From Eledone cirrhosa (taxonomy: Eukaryota), in contig OZ024742.1 in assembly GCA_964016885.1 (NCBI GenBank), positions 53,320,001 through 53,384,000 on the forward strand: a stretch of 64,000 bases of DNA, in the 5' to 3' direction. Each line of letters begins with the position of its first letter. Within the stretch, counting starts at the first letter, position 1. The translations under genes and the position numbers were made by a program. This document shows, one piece after another, positions 25,361 to 38,032 of this stretch. The notes beneath the pieces were generated by a model. The model worked only from the letters and a program-made list of their open reading frames with translations, did not search any database and was not told where the DNA came from.

Positions 25361-27082
25361 TATATATATATATAATTTATACAATGTACATGACAATCAA
25401 AGAGTGTGTAGCAAGCAATAGTGCTACTTTATTACGTCGGGGTCACCACTTTTGTAATAAGTACTTTTGTTCTAATGGTAGCAGAAAGGTGTTCAAGAGA
25501 GATTTACAATGGTACAATTAATAAAGGTAGCAATTCGATGTTGGACTGATATGTTAGTAGTGATTACTACTTCAGGAAAATGGAGATGTCTTGCAAGCAG
25601 GGAAAAGCGGACGTAAAATGATGATGATGATATTCCATAGTAACGGAAAAGAACAGAAGGCATATTTCAAATCATAATAAAGATTTATTTTCTTCTTCAT
25701 ATTAATACAAGTACAAGGCAAGTGAAGAGCTGCAAACATATTGTATAATCAAATTGAACGATAAATGTAATTCTCCGCAGAGTCATATATCAAGATTACC
25801 CTCGGCTTTAGAGGGCAAGATCGAGAAAATCAGGCAGCGAGTTACACGGTACTGCTCAGTAGAAGATCTCGAACGTAACTGCGGGATGCGCACTTCAGCC
25901 CAGCCTTCGTGCATGAGACACATGGCTTACATCTATCACTCTCATCTACCCTCCCCCACTTCTTTGCCTTGAAAGAACAAAGGTCCAGCTTTCACACATG
26001 CGCTCTTCGATCCAGCCTTTGCGCAAGCACACTTAGAAACAATTAATTACTTACATCTATCTAAACTATAAAAAAGTAAGAGGTGCGGGGCTGCGTACGG
26101 TTTATTTCTTTTAATAGAGTTAGTAAAATAAGTTGGATTACTTTGAATAAATAATTGTTTCTACTTTAGGCACAAGGCCAGCAATTACCCAATGCATTAC
26201 TGGTACTTTATTTTATCGACCCCGTAAGGATGAAAGGCAAAGTTAACCTTGGCGGGATTTGTACTCAGAATGGCAAGGGCTGTAACTCTATATGTCAAAG
26301 CATGGCGTCCGACCCTAATGAATGAATATTACATAATTTATGTACTAAATTGAATTTAATATAAATATTAATATAAATAATTTTATTGCTAATTCAAAAT
26401 TGACTTCTTTTCAAAGTTTCAAATTTCTACACTTCCAGTATATCGCTACCACCACCACCACCTTCAACTACCATATATATAAAAAGAGAGAGTGTGTTAT
26501 GAGAGAGATACAGATAGCATGATTATGATTTTCTACACGTTTTCTACACGTATCTATGTGTATGTGCACATACATACATCTGTATGTATGAGTATATAAC
26601 TATTATGAGTATATAACTATAATCGCGCAAACACAAACTTATAAAAATACATGCTCATGGACATTCACACAAATACGCATACTTTCACACATATACTTTC
26701 ACACAAACGCATTCATCCATCCACACATATACATTTACACAGACACACACATACAGTCAAGATAGCAGTGTTTGGTGAATTGGAAATTGGAGGGTAAAAC
26801 AAGTATAACGTTTTATTATTTATTAACTTCATGATCTAAGTTCAAATCCTGCCAAAGTTAACTTTGCCTTTCATCCTTACGGGGTCCATAAAATAAAGTA
26901 CCAGTAATGTACTGGTTAATTCCTGGCCTTGTGCCAAAAGTAGAAACAATTATTTATTAACTCTTTTTTTTAAAAACTCATTTAATATAATGGTTACAGA
27001 ACGAAAACACTAACAAATATAATATATACAAAGGAAAGAGAAAAAATACACAAGCATGTAATACACACATCTAAGACCACAT

Positions 27083-27333
27083 AATGTAGTTAGGTAACAG
27101 AACACGGTATTTTAGGATTTTGTTCCATTCAGCTGCGGATGCTGTAGCTCTCGCCCTTGCCGCTGCATCCAGGATGTGGGAAGAAGCAAAAGAGTCACTA
27201 ACTGTGACGTCCCAGGTAAGGCACCTGCCTCTTGATCAGGAGCACAGAGTAAGATCGTCAAGTCTTTCCCTATCAATTCAGCACAACCCAGACGGTTCCA
27301 AAATCGAGGGGATGTTTGCCTGGGCCAAAGCTC
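27083..27333 (-). mobile_element. RLE endonuclease fragment of a CRE-like LINE
   Basis: Reverse strand RALAQANIPSILEPSGL..D.ERLDDLTL..GRCLTWDVTVSDSFASSH..AAEWNKILKY. Confidence 0.7.
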
Positions 27334-27559
27334 TTAAGTGGTAATAGGACAGTGTGTGTATGTGCGCGCGCGCGAGTTTGTCGGCGTTCTTAAATTAGAG
27401 ACATGTGTGTGTGTCACTGTTTTTAAGTTAGACATATATATGTGTGTATCCCTATCCTTCCTTTTACACACACAGACATTCACACAAACACTCATACACA
27501 TTGTGTGATGGATGGGTGGACAGAAGTCCCTCAAATTTATATATATCTGAATGAAGTTC

Positions 27560-28180
27560 TACTGAAGTAGTTAGAGAAGTTCAAGTATCTTGGAGCCGTA
27601 TTCATGAGTGATGGAATGCAGGAGGCTGAATTAAGTGCAAGAATTGCAAAAGCTGATGCAGTAATGCGCCAGCCTCAACAATCAGAAGAAGGGGGTAGGT
27701 GTAAAAGCCAAACTCGCTGTCTTCCTGGTATTCCTGCCAACTCTTACCGAGGATCATGAATCTTGAGTAATGACCAAAAGAATACAATTGCAAATAAAAG
27801 TGGCAGAAATGGGATTCCTCCGAAGGGGCTTTGGAGTGACATTACTCGATAAAGTGCATAGCTCAGAGACCAGAGAGTCACTTCTGGTAGAGCTGCTATT
27901 TCTCCGAATTGCGACATCACAATTCCGATATTATGAACATGTGGTTAGAATGTCTCAGTAAAGAATCGCTGGACACATTTTACAGGCAAAACCAACCAGC
28001 AAGAGACCCAGGGGTAGACCCTGAGCAAGATAGTTGTATAATATCCACGAGCTTGGCTGCTCATGCTTTGGGATCCAGCTGGATCAGTTAGAGATGTTTG
28101 CTACTGACAGACTCGCTAGAAGGAGTGCTTGAGAAGGACTCTGCCCCCACGACCCTCTCAGAAATAAGTGGGTGAAGAAG
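27560..28180 (+). mobile_element. RTE LINE 3' fragment
   Basis: EKFKYLG, VAEMGFLRR.FGVTLLDKVHS, RYYEHVVRMSQ, RPRGRP. A related fragment lies on the - strand at ~53330-53510. Confidence 0.75.
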
Positions 28181-28302
28181 ATATTGTCAATTTATTTTTC
28201 AATTTACATATATCTATATGCATATATATTTGCATATAATACCAATATGCACACTACATATGCTAGCAGAAAAACCGCCTGAGGGGCGGTTTTTCTGCTG
28301 GT

Positions 28303-28605
28303 TTAATTAAGAGGCTATCAACATCTATATCCTAATATAAACACAATGATATTATTTCAACAACACGCCTTAAGACTTGGAGTTCTCACCCTTTCATTAG
28401 ATGAGATTTTTTCAATTGTGTATATGTGGGAATTTGTTTTCAATAACTTATGTTAAAAACGGCCATGCTGGGGCACCTCTTTCAAACTTTTTATTCAATA
28501 TATATATATTTTTTTATCCATCCCTGTATCAATCATACTTATGGAATATATAGGGTCATGATAATAAACAATATCAGTTTCTAGACTAAATTAATCAATC
28601 AATCA

Positions 28606-28648
<43 letters not shown>

Positions 28649-29264
28649 TATATATGGAGGCACATGGCTTAGTGGTTAGAGCATTGGCCTTGCAATCGAA
28701 AGGTTGTGAGTTCAATTCTCAGACCGGGTGATGTGTTGTTTCCTTGAGCAAGGCACTTTATTTCACATTGCTCCAGTTTACTCAGCTGTAGAAATGAGAT
28801 GATAGGGACTGGTGTCCCTATCATTCCACTGTAAAGTGGTCGTGGAGGTGCCACGGCAAAAAAGCACCCAGCACTCACTGTAAATGAGGTTGGTGTTAGG
28901 AAGGGCATCCAGCTGTAGAAATCAAGCCAGCATCAGTTCCCATCCCACCCTTGCAAGCAGGGAAAAAGCGGATGTAAAATGAAATGATGATGATGATGAT
29001 GATGATAGTATTTTCTTAGGTACGTATGCATTCTTACACACACACACGACAGTCGATCGGGTTTCGTCAAATGGGACCGTTGGTTTCCGCTGGTCTTTCG
29101 AAGTGCTAATATTATCTATCGGTCGCAACAACAGGTAGACGGAGCAACGTGAAATAAAGTACCTTGCTCACTCAAGGACATAACGCATCGCCCGGTCCAG
29201 GAATCGAACTCACAACCTCACGATTGCGAATCCGATTCTCTAACCACTCGGCCACACACCTTCT

Positions 29265-29302
<38 letters not shown>

Positions 29303-30449
29303 CACACACATACACACACACACAGGTCGTGTAGGGACATTTATACCCCCCACCCCCCCATACATATATATAGGTAAATTATTATTCACACATCGTTTAT
29401 TTAGTATTCATTTATAATCCATATAAGAATCTATATTTATATGGATTTTTATTATTCTATGAATATTCTTAATTGGCTTACTGTCTGTTCTTACCTATCA
29501 TTCTTGGTATTTATTCAATTCCGCAAACTGTAGATGTTCGCTTACCTTCTTCTGGAAATTTCCACACATGAGCATTTGGTCGATACTGGGATTATTGCTA
29601 ATATAAACTTAAGATACTTCTTATTTAATCATATATTTAGAAGCATTTGGAATTTTCTAACAACACATACCTACACACACATATATGTATCATCATAATT
29701 TAATGTCCATTTTCTCTACTAGCAAGGGTTGGATGTATCTTCACAGACTGCCAGCCTCTGAACTGCTGTGGGGAGTGGGTAGCGACAGACGATTGACATA
29801 TTTTTTCATGCTTTACTACTGCATTTTATTGTGGCACCAGCACAACTGATGAGTCCTTCTAGGGCTGGATGCTCTTCCTATCACAAACTACTTTATAGAG
29901 TATATGCTATGTGTTTATCATATAGATCATATATATATATATATGCTCAGTTGTTAGAGTGTTTGGCTCATGAACATAATTGTTTCTAGTTTAGGCACAA
30001 GGCTAGCAATTTCCCAGTGCATTACTGGTACTTTATTTTATCGACCCCGTAAGGATGAAAGGCAAAGTCAACCTCGGCAGGATTTGAACATAATGATGTC
30101 AAGAATTTGATTCCATGACTGGGAAGCACATTGTATCTTTGAGCAAGATATTTTATCTTATTTTGCTCCATTCTCTCTCTCACATACATATGAGACTCTT
30201 AGTTGACAGTTACCACTCACACATACCATCACCCATATCTGCAGATGTCAATCATTCATATCAATATGCAATACATTCTATTGCTATCCATCATTCTCTC
30301 TTCACCATGAGACACATGGCTGACATCTATCACTCTCATTTACCCTACCCCACTTTCTCTCTTCTACCATATAACATTTCTATTGCTATCCTATCACTTT
30401 ACTCAAGTTGTTTTCTATTCAACATCCTACCCATTACCAACAACCATTA
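28303..30449. repeat. Copy 1 of a local mosaic duplication
   Basis: 28303-28630 ~ 35639-35965; 29007-29270 ~ 35966-36230; 29372-30449 ~ 39496-40567; 29913-30249 ~ 34551-34888. Confidence 0.85.
28655..29006 (+). mobile_element. Full-length CORE-like SINE with RTE tail, absent from the paralogous site at ~35965
   Basis: tRNA head, core and (GAT)n tail. Empty paralog reads tatatag|tattttcttagg. Confidence 0.85.
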
Positions 30450-30654
30450 TGCGTCCGACTGCTTAACACCGGGAGCTGCCCAAAACGCGTCCTCACCGTA
30501 TGCTGGTCACCACTAGAGAGAGGCCTTCTCCTGGCCCTTCCGGTCGAGCATCCTTCCGGTCAAAGACCCCTTCCGGTCGAGCACTCAAAAACCCCTTCCG
30601 GTCGAGCACTCCCCCCCCCCGCCCCCGGCCACCGCACTCCACACCATACCCACA
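30450..30654 (-). repeat. 3' LTR
   Basis: Direct repeat of 34337-34550 with a few substitutions and a poly-C length change. Contains 4x ccttccggtc. Confidence 0.95.
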
Positions 30655-30668
30655 CGCCCCCCCTGATC

Positions 30669-33540
30669 TCAAGGATCAATTTCCCCCTCGTCCCTCTGCA
30701 TATGAAAGTCTGCCGTCCAGGTCGGTGGTCTACGACTTTGTTGCGATCTTCGTAGTATTGGGGCAGGGCTCTGGGTTTCCACCTCATCTTGGGTTTCCTC
30801 TTCCTCGGAGTCCGTCGATACAGTGATTCTTCTTACATCCAGGACATGACGTGGTACCCCGTCCACGGACACATTGTTCTTTGAATTTACGGCCGTCACC
30901 GTTCCCCTTCCCCATTGAGATGTGCACCGTGCATCTGGGGGCTTAACCCAGACTTCTTCGCCTACCTGCACGAATGCACTCTCTCCCCACTGGCCGTTGT
31001 GGTAGCGTGCACGGGTGCCGCCACTCGTATTTGAATACTGCTCTGTGTGGCACCGATTCCTCGACCTGTCCAACCCGAGGGGACATATTGTACCAGAACA
31101 CTACCTCCATTGGTGAGATATGGCCCCGCTCCGCCATTGCCTTGATCGTCCGGTGGTGTCGCTCCACGATTACATTCCCGCTCGGCCTGTGCGCCGCTCT
31201 GAAGAAACGGTCCACCTTCCATCCCTCGAGCATCCCCCTCAGTACCTCCGAGCGGAACGCTGCGCTGTTGTCCATCAGCAGTTCATCCACAGGGCCCCGC
31301 TCCAAGAACACCTCTCTCAACGTCCGCACGATTTCCTCGGCCGTTCCAGTCTTCATCTCCCTCCCTATCGCCACTCGACCCGGTCCACAGTCGACCATCG
31401 AGAGGTACGTTCCCTGCCGGTAGTGCGTCACATCCACCGCTAATCGCTTCCAGTCGCGATCCACCGGGAGGCTTCCCGTTTCGTGTACACCCGGGGCGGG
31501 ATCAATGGACTGACATCGGACGCAGCCTCTAACGACCCCCCGAACACTGTGTCTGCTAACGTCCGAGTCGATTCTCCTGGCTAGGAACAGGCTCCTATCC
31601 ACCCCCATGTGGTGCATGTCATGCAACCCCTTCAGGTCTAACTCGGTCAGCCGACACACGGTAGCTATCTCATCCTCTACCTCCTCCGGCGCTTCCATCC
31701 AGGCTTTCTTCACTCTAGTTAAGATGTCCGCCCTATTTTTCTCTGAAGGCACGAACACTACGCTCAGCTTCAGGTCGAACTCGGTGGCCAGCTCTCCTAA
31801 CGTTCCCAGGCGGCGCTTTATCAGCATCTCCGCCGCGCCTCTCGTTCGCACTCTCTTCTCACTGGTGAGCACTGATCTTACCCATCCGAGTACGGTAGCC
31901 GAGTCGGTGCGTATCTCGATGGTGCGCAGCCCCCACCGCAGGGCGAGGTTCACCCCTCTCAACACCGCGTCCAGCTCGGCCACATTGATGTGGCTGCACT
32001 CGTCCTTCTTTCTAAGCCAGGCTGCATCCTCGACCTCAACACCTCCTATCTCCAACGTGACACCCAGCGCTATGCTGCTGGCATCGCACCATGCGGTCCC
32101 GCTCCGTGATTTGGGAACGTACCAGCGTCCCCGCACTGGGTCGTCGGCCTTCACCCTCCCCATGATCTCCTGCATCATGGCCACCATTCTCTCTCCCACT
32201 CTGTCACTCCAAGTCACCCCTCCCGCTCGTCTCTTGACATAGCTGCATGCCGTCCGGAGCCACCCAGCGATCGGGTAGTGACCCACCAGCTTTCCACACA
32301 CCGAGAAAAGCTCCCGCCTATTCATACTTGGGCCCAGTTCCGGAACTTCGTTTCCCCTCTGGAACACCAAAACGCCCGTCTTATCTCGCCGTAGCCTAAG
32401 TCCCAGCGCGACTCCTCCCTCCAATGCTTCTGATGGCTTCGCAGTCAGTCCATACCTCCGCAAATGGCTCGTGACCTCCGCCGTCGACACCACCGACTCG
32501 TCCACTAGGATGTCGTCAATGTAGGAGTTAGTAGCCCTCTTTATCTTGTCGGCCCTCCCCAGAGCGGTCTTGAGGACCGCCGCCATGATCTTCGGTGCGG
32601 AGCTCAGCCCAAAACCGAGCCTGGTCAGGCAATATGTCCGGCCCTTATACCTGACTAGCTGATACCGCCAGAGCTTCTCATCTATATGCAACTGCAAGTA
32701 AGCCGACTTTAGATCCACGATCGCTGAACCCCCCGTCATGCGTCTCCACTCACGCAGGGTTTCCCCACAGACATCCGTGACCTCGCCACCCGTGTGGCAT
32801 GACACGTGCTCGTTCAGCTCTCGATAGTCCAGCACCGGCCTCACCTTGCTCTTTGTGGGTTGCACCACCGCCATCAACGGCAATACTCCGCACTTCACCT
32901 CCTCCTTCCAGGGAAGCAGTATGCCCTCTTCGATCCATCTCTCTACTTCTCGCTCGAACTCGCCCCTAGCGTTTCCCTTCAATGTGTGTTGATAGCAGCC
33001 CACTTTGGTCTTCAGTGTTGGTGGTTCTCCCTTCCAGTACCACTCAACAACCCATCGCTGCCCATCAAACACGGCCTTGAAGTCCTTGTCCTGTACAGTG
33101 TAAGCGGGGTATTGCTCCTCGTGGGCCTTCTGGTTCTCATGACGTGCACTCACAGCGCATACCGATGCAGCAGCGCCAAACGACACACCAACATTGTTCA
33201 CCGTGACGCCCCCTAGACGGCCAATCGCGTCCATGCCCATAACCACGCCGATCCCATCCACCACACTGTCTACCACGATGGCGGAAAGCCTTATCGTCCT
33301 TCCCCGTACCGCTATTTCCATCTCGCTGCGACCTCGGCATTCAATTTTCCTGCCGTCGACTGCCCTTACGCTGCTCTTCCCTCCCCACCTCTGCGCCACC
33401 CCCGCGGTCACCAGTGTCGTCGTACAGCCCCTATCCACGAGGGCTCGCTGTGGCTCCCCCCTCACGAAGACTTCCACCACAGGCAGCGCCGCTACTCGTA
33501 AGGGGCAACTACCGGCGCAGTAGTTCCCCTTGGACCGTTT
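30669..33540 (-). CDS. pol: Pol polyprotein (protease, RT, RNase H, integrase), with one frameshift near 31000 in the integrase C-terminus
   Basis: ALVDRGCT (protease DTG altered), PVLDYRELN, DLKSAYLQ, GFGLSSAP, YIDDILV, WCDAS, VAELDAV, RTDS, HHCC, LAVDV..LLMDN..VERHHRTIK. VGEEVWVK continues in ORF 30669-31073. Confidence 0.9.
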
Positions 33541-33543
33541 CCC
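33486..33543 (-). promoter_or_regulatory. -1 programmed ribosomal frameshift signal (G GGA AAC + H-type pseudoknot)
   Basis: In-phase slippery heptamer at 33537-33543. Stem ggggaactac/gtagttgcccc, loop gcgccg pairs with downstream cggcgc, and the -1 frame runs into pol. Confidence 0.75.
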
Positions 33544-34186
33544 TGGTCGCAGTTAGTAGCGATGTGGCCTGGTCGCTTACACCGGTAGCAAATTATATCC
33601 GGCTTCGACTCTCTACAGTCTCTAGCCATATGCGGGCCGTGACACCTAAATTCTCGCGAACGGCCGCGTGCCGAGGTTGCCTCCCTTTGACCATTTCGCT
33701 GCCAGGTGTCCTGAGCCTCCGTAGTCGCTATCGCCGCGACACTCTTTTTGGCATCTTCCCCGGGACTTGTTGCAGTTTCACCGCTATGTCGTTCGGAAAT
33801 CCATTGATGAATGCCAACCGCACCGTGCGTTCGCATTCCGCCTGGTAACCCGCCAACATAGCCAACCGCCTTATTTCCGCTGCGAAAATGTCGACGCGCT
33901 CACCATTCCACCTGATTCTCGCCAGCTTAGCAAAAGCCGCCAACGGTCCCTCGGCGAATGCATCCATCAGACGCCTCTCGATCTTCTGCACATCTCTTTG
34001 GCTGTGCTCGTCCAACTCAAGGAAGAGTACCAACGCGTCGCCCTCGAGGTACAATGCAATGAGACCGGCCACATCTTCTATCTTCTGCAAGCCCGCGACC
34101 AGCCGAACCTTCCGCAGCCAAGCGACAACATCACCTTCCCCGGTGAATGGCCTGATAGCTTCGTTCATCCGTAGTCTTGTCGCCAT
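33492..34186 (-). CDS. gag: Gag (frameshifted near 33770) with C-terminal zinc knuckles
   Basis: IRPFTGEGDVVAWL..LYLEGDA..AFINGFP, then RCHGPHMARDC and CYRCKRPGHIATNC. Confidence 0.85.
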
Positions 34187-34336
34187 CTTTTGATTTGTTT
34201 TGCGGCAAGTGTTTTCTTTTTCTTTCTTTTTTTTTTTTTTTTAGTCGCCGAAATAGCTTGTGGTTAGAAAAAGCTATCTCACTTACCGCTTTTCACAGGC
34301 GCCGCTAAATTCCACTGCAGGTACTCCTCTTCCACG

Positions 34337-34550
34337 TGCGTCCGACTGCTTAACACCGGGAGCTGCCCAAAACGCGTCCTCACCGTATGCTGGTCACCAC
34401 TAGAGAGAGGCCCTCTCCTGGCCCTTCCGGTCGAGCATCCTTCCGGTCAAAGACCCCTTCCGGTCGAGCACTCAAAAACCCCTTCCGGTCGAGCACTACC
34501 CCCCCCCCCCCCCCCCTCCCCCGGCCACCGCACGCCACATCATACCCACA
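34337..34550 (-). repeat. 5' LTR
   Basis: TGTGGGTATG...GGACGCA on the - strand, followed by TGG-starting putative PBS. Confidence 0.95.
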
Positions 34551-34894
34551 TGTTTATCATATAGATCATATATATATATATATGCTCAGTTGTTAGAGTG
34601 TTTGGCTCATGAACATAACTGTTTCTACTTTAGGCACAAGGCCAGCAATTACCCAGTGCATTACTGGTACTTTATTTTATCGACCCCGTAAGGATGAAAG
34701 GCAAAGTCAACCTCGGCGGGATTTGAACATAATGATGTCAAGAATTTGATTCCATGACTGGGAAGCACATTGTGTCTTTGAGCAAGATATTTTATCTTAT
34801 TTTGCTCCATTCTCTCTCTCACACACATATGAGACTCTTAGTTGACAGTTACCACTCACACATACCATCACCCATATCTGCAGATGTCACCGCA

Positions 34895-35612
34895 AATCGG
34901 TCCAGCCCTCACCATTGGCACTTTGGTCCAGCCCTCACCCATTGGCACTTTGGTCCAGCCCTCACCCATTGGCACTTTGGTCCAGCCTCCGTCCATGCGT
35001 GAATCGGTCCAGCCCTCACCCATGCGCACTTTGGTCTAGCCTCCGTGCATGCGCACTTTGTTCCTTCGTCGTGCATGCGCACTTCAGTTCATCCCTTGTA
35101 CGTGCACACTTTGGTCGTGCCTCCACGCATGCGCACTTTGGTCCAGCTTTCGCGCATGCGCACTTCGGTTCTCCCTTCGCGCATGCGCACTTCGGTTCTC
35201 CCTTCGCGCATGCGCACTTCGGTTCTCCCTTCGCGCATGCGCAGTTTGGTCCAGCCCTGCGCATGCGCACTTCAGTCTTGCCTCCACGCATGCGTACTTT
35301 GGTCCTCCCTTCGCCCATTTCGGTCCACCTCGCACATGTGCACTCCATCCTCCCTTCACGCATGCGCACTTCGGTCCAGCCTTGTGCATGCACACTTCGG
35401 TCCAGCCTTGCGCATGCGCACTTAAGTCCATTCCTTGCGCATGCGCACTCCGGTCCAGCCTCCATGCATGCGCACTTCGGTCCTCCCTCCGCGCATGCAC
35501 ACTTCGGTCCGCCCTTCATGCATGTGCACTTCAGTCCAGCCGCTGCGCATGCGCACTTAGGTCCTCCCTTCGCGCATGCACACTTTGGTGCTTCCTTTGC
35601 ACATGCACACTC
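34895..35612. repeat. GC-rich ~22-23-bp minisatellite (gcgcatgcgcacttcggtccagccct-like), ~30 units
   Basis: Direct reading. Short degenerate version at ~25885-25912 and ~25981-26035. Confidence 0.9.
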
Positions 35613-36253
35613 AGAAACAATTATTTACTTACATCTATTTAATTAAGAGGCTATCAACATCTATATCCTAATATATACACAATGATATTATTTCAACAAC
35701 ACACCTTAAGACTTGGAGTTCTCACCCTTTCATTAGATGAGATTTTTTCAATTGTGTATGTGTGGGAATTTGTTTTCAATAACTTATGTTAAAAACGGCC
35801 ATGCTGGGGCACCTCTTTCAAACTTTTTATTCAATATATATATATTTTTTATCCATCCCTGTATCAATCATACTTATGGAATATATAGGGTCATGATAAT
35901 AAACAATATCAGCTTCTAGACTAAATTAATCAATCAATCATAATTATATATATATATATATATATAGTATTTTCTTAGGTACGTATGCATTCTTACACAC
36001 ACACACATATATCAACAGTCCATATATCAACGGACCGAGGAAATAATGTTTCCGCTGATCTTTAAAATTGCTAATACTATCTATCAGTCGCAACTCCAGG
36101 TAGAAGGAGCAACATGATATAAAGTCTTGCTCAAGGACATAACGCATCGCCCGGTCCAGGAATGAAACTCACAACCTCACAATTGCAAATCCAATTCTCT
36201 AACCACTCGGCCACGCACCTTCACACACACACAAATATATATATATATATATA

Positions 36254-37132
36254 CAGGGTGAGGACGATATTTGTTCGCAATTTTCAATTGCTAATTTTAT
36301 GCAAATTTTTTTTACTTCCATTGTCACTCTTGTCTTCATAAAAACAGTGACTATATTTTCAGAATAATTGATTATGAATAATTTTGAACCTCCAAATTTG
36401 TGGAAGAGTCATGGAGTTCTTCTTGGAATCCGCGCCGGGAGGACAAATAAGGAAATTTCAGACTTTCTCAGCGTCAGCAGGAGAATGGTGTCTCATCCAA
36501 AGACGTGCCCAGAGTCATGCAGACAAAGTTTCCAGTGACAACATTGGTCTTAGGTGTCATCAGCAGTCAAGGTGACGTCATGCCACCTCACTTCTTCCCT
36601 GAGTGCCTCAAGCTGAACACCGATGGCTACATCCGCATTCTGAGTGAGGTAGTAAAGCCCTGGATCGACCAGATTGCTGCAGGTAGGCCGTACGTGTGGC
36701 AGCAAGGCTCAACGCCCTGTCATACCAGCCGAAAGACCCAAGCCTGGCTGTCAGAGAACTTCGTCAACCACACTTTATCTGACATCTGGCCTCCCGGCTC
36801 GCCTGACTGCAACCCCCTCGACTTCTTTGTGTGGGGCGCAGTGAAACGAGACACCAACAGATCTAGCTGCAATACGAAAGACGATCTGAAGGCCAAGATC
36901 ACAAGTGCCTTTAGGGGCCTAAGTCGGGGGACAGTGACGAAGGCCTGTAGCCGGTTCCGAGGCCGCCTTGAGGCCGTCATCAAAGCCAATGGTGGGTTTA
37001 TCGAGTGAGATCGAAAGAAAAAGTCATGGAGACAAACCGACCCAAGTTTGATAAATATATCTTAAAAAATAAAACTACTGTGTTATTTTTTCCTAGACAG
37101 TAATCTTGCGAACAAATATCGCCCGCACCCTG
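36254..37132 (+). mobile_element. Internally deleted DD37D (maT) transposon
   Basis: TA|cagggtgaggacgatatttgttcgcaa...ttgcgaacaaatatcgcccgcaccctg|TA. Lacks ~415 bp relative to the 38030 copy. Confidence 0.9.
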
Positions 37133-37140
37133 TATATATA

Positions 37141-37623
37141 TAGTGAAAGAGTGAAGAATAACTTGGCCGGTTGTACAAAAAGGGTTTTATTTACAGTATT
37201 AACAATTGTTTCATTGATCAGGTGAGTCTAAAGGTCGATAATCACTCAAAGCTGCGTTTCTCGACCTTAAATACAGTGTGTGTCTCTGATCAAATCATCA
37301 TGAGTATTCCGATGATTTGATCTGAGACACACATTGTATTTAAGGTTGAGTGATGCAATTTTGAGTGATCAGTAGCCTTTAGACTCACCTGATCAATGAA
37401 ACAATTGTTAATACTGTAAATAAAACCCTTTTTGTACAGCCCACCATGTTATTCTTCCCTCTTTCACTACTATTACTCCAAGAATAACCTGCATGAGAAT
37501 TCTTGCAAACTTGTTACCTAACTATGGAAACCTTGTTGAGTCAAACAACGCCGTACGTTAAAACTATCCATAGTACAGAGTACTCACAACCTCTAACTGG
37601 ATTACCTAAAACGATAACTTGTT
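37141..37623 (+). mobile_element. Fold-back hammerhead element (159-bp arms + 154-bp tail) in (TA)n
   Basis: 37141-37299 inverted versus 37311-37469. Hammerhead-like 37303-37415, with AATAAA at ~37419. Confidence 0.75.
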
Positions 37624-37974
37624 ATATATATATATTTGTATATATATATACACACACATACAAACACACAGTTCTTGTAGGTGTCACAACAAAAAAAGAC
37701 CCAGTCCACACTGTAAAGTGGTCGTGTAGAGGACATGGTAAAACGCTCCCAGTCCACACTGTAAATGTGGTTGGTGTTAAGAAGTGCATCCAACTGTAGA
37801 AAACCTTCCAGATACAGTACTATGTGAGTGAGACACGGTCACCCAATCAATCTTGCCTCAAGTGGGACAATTCCCGTCTAACCCATGCTAGCATGGAAGA
37901 TAGACGTGAAACGATGTTGATGATGATGATATATTTATATACATACATATATGTATATACATATATTTATAAAC

Positions 37975-38029
<55 letters not shown>

Positions 38030-38032
<3 letters not shown>

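Larger units (their letters stand above)
30450..34550 (-). mobile_element. Ty3/Gypsy-type LTR retrotransposon, ~4.1 kb, young
   Basis: Two ~210-bp LTRs (TG...CA on the - strand), PPT agggggggcg, gag + PR-RT-RH-IN order. Confidence 0.95.

Noticed and set aside
28265-28299. Perfect hairpin agcagaaaaaccgcc-tgagg-ggcggtttttctgct resembling a bacterial terminator
   Set aside because: Eukaryotic context; more likely a collapsed palindromic TE remnant at a duplication boundary
28655-28730. tRNA-like sequences with A and B boxes
   Set aside because: These are SINE heads continuing into CORE or Nin domains, not tRNA genes
29846-29875. ctgatgagtcc (also at ~39965) resembling a hammerhead start
   Set aside because: No GAAA or stem III follows; it lies in a decayed SINE body
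31607-33848. Plus-strand ORFs overlapping the Gypsy pol/gag
   Set aside because: Antisense shadows of a GC-rich coding region
34915-35646. Long ORFs (243, 197 and 167 aa) in several frames
   Set aside because: Products of the stop-free GC minisatellite
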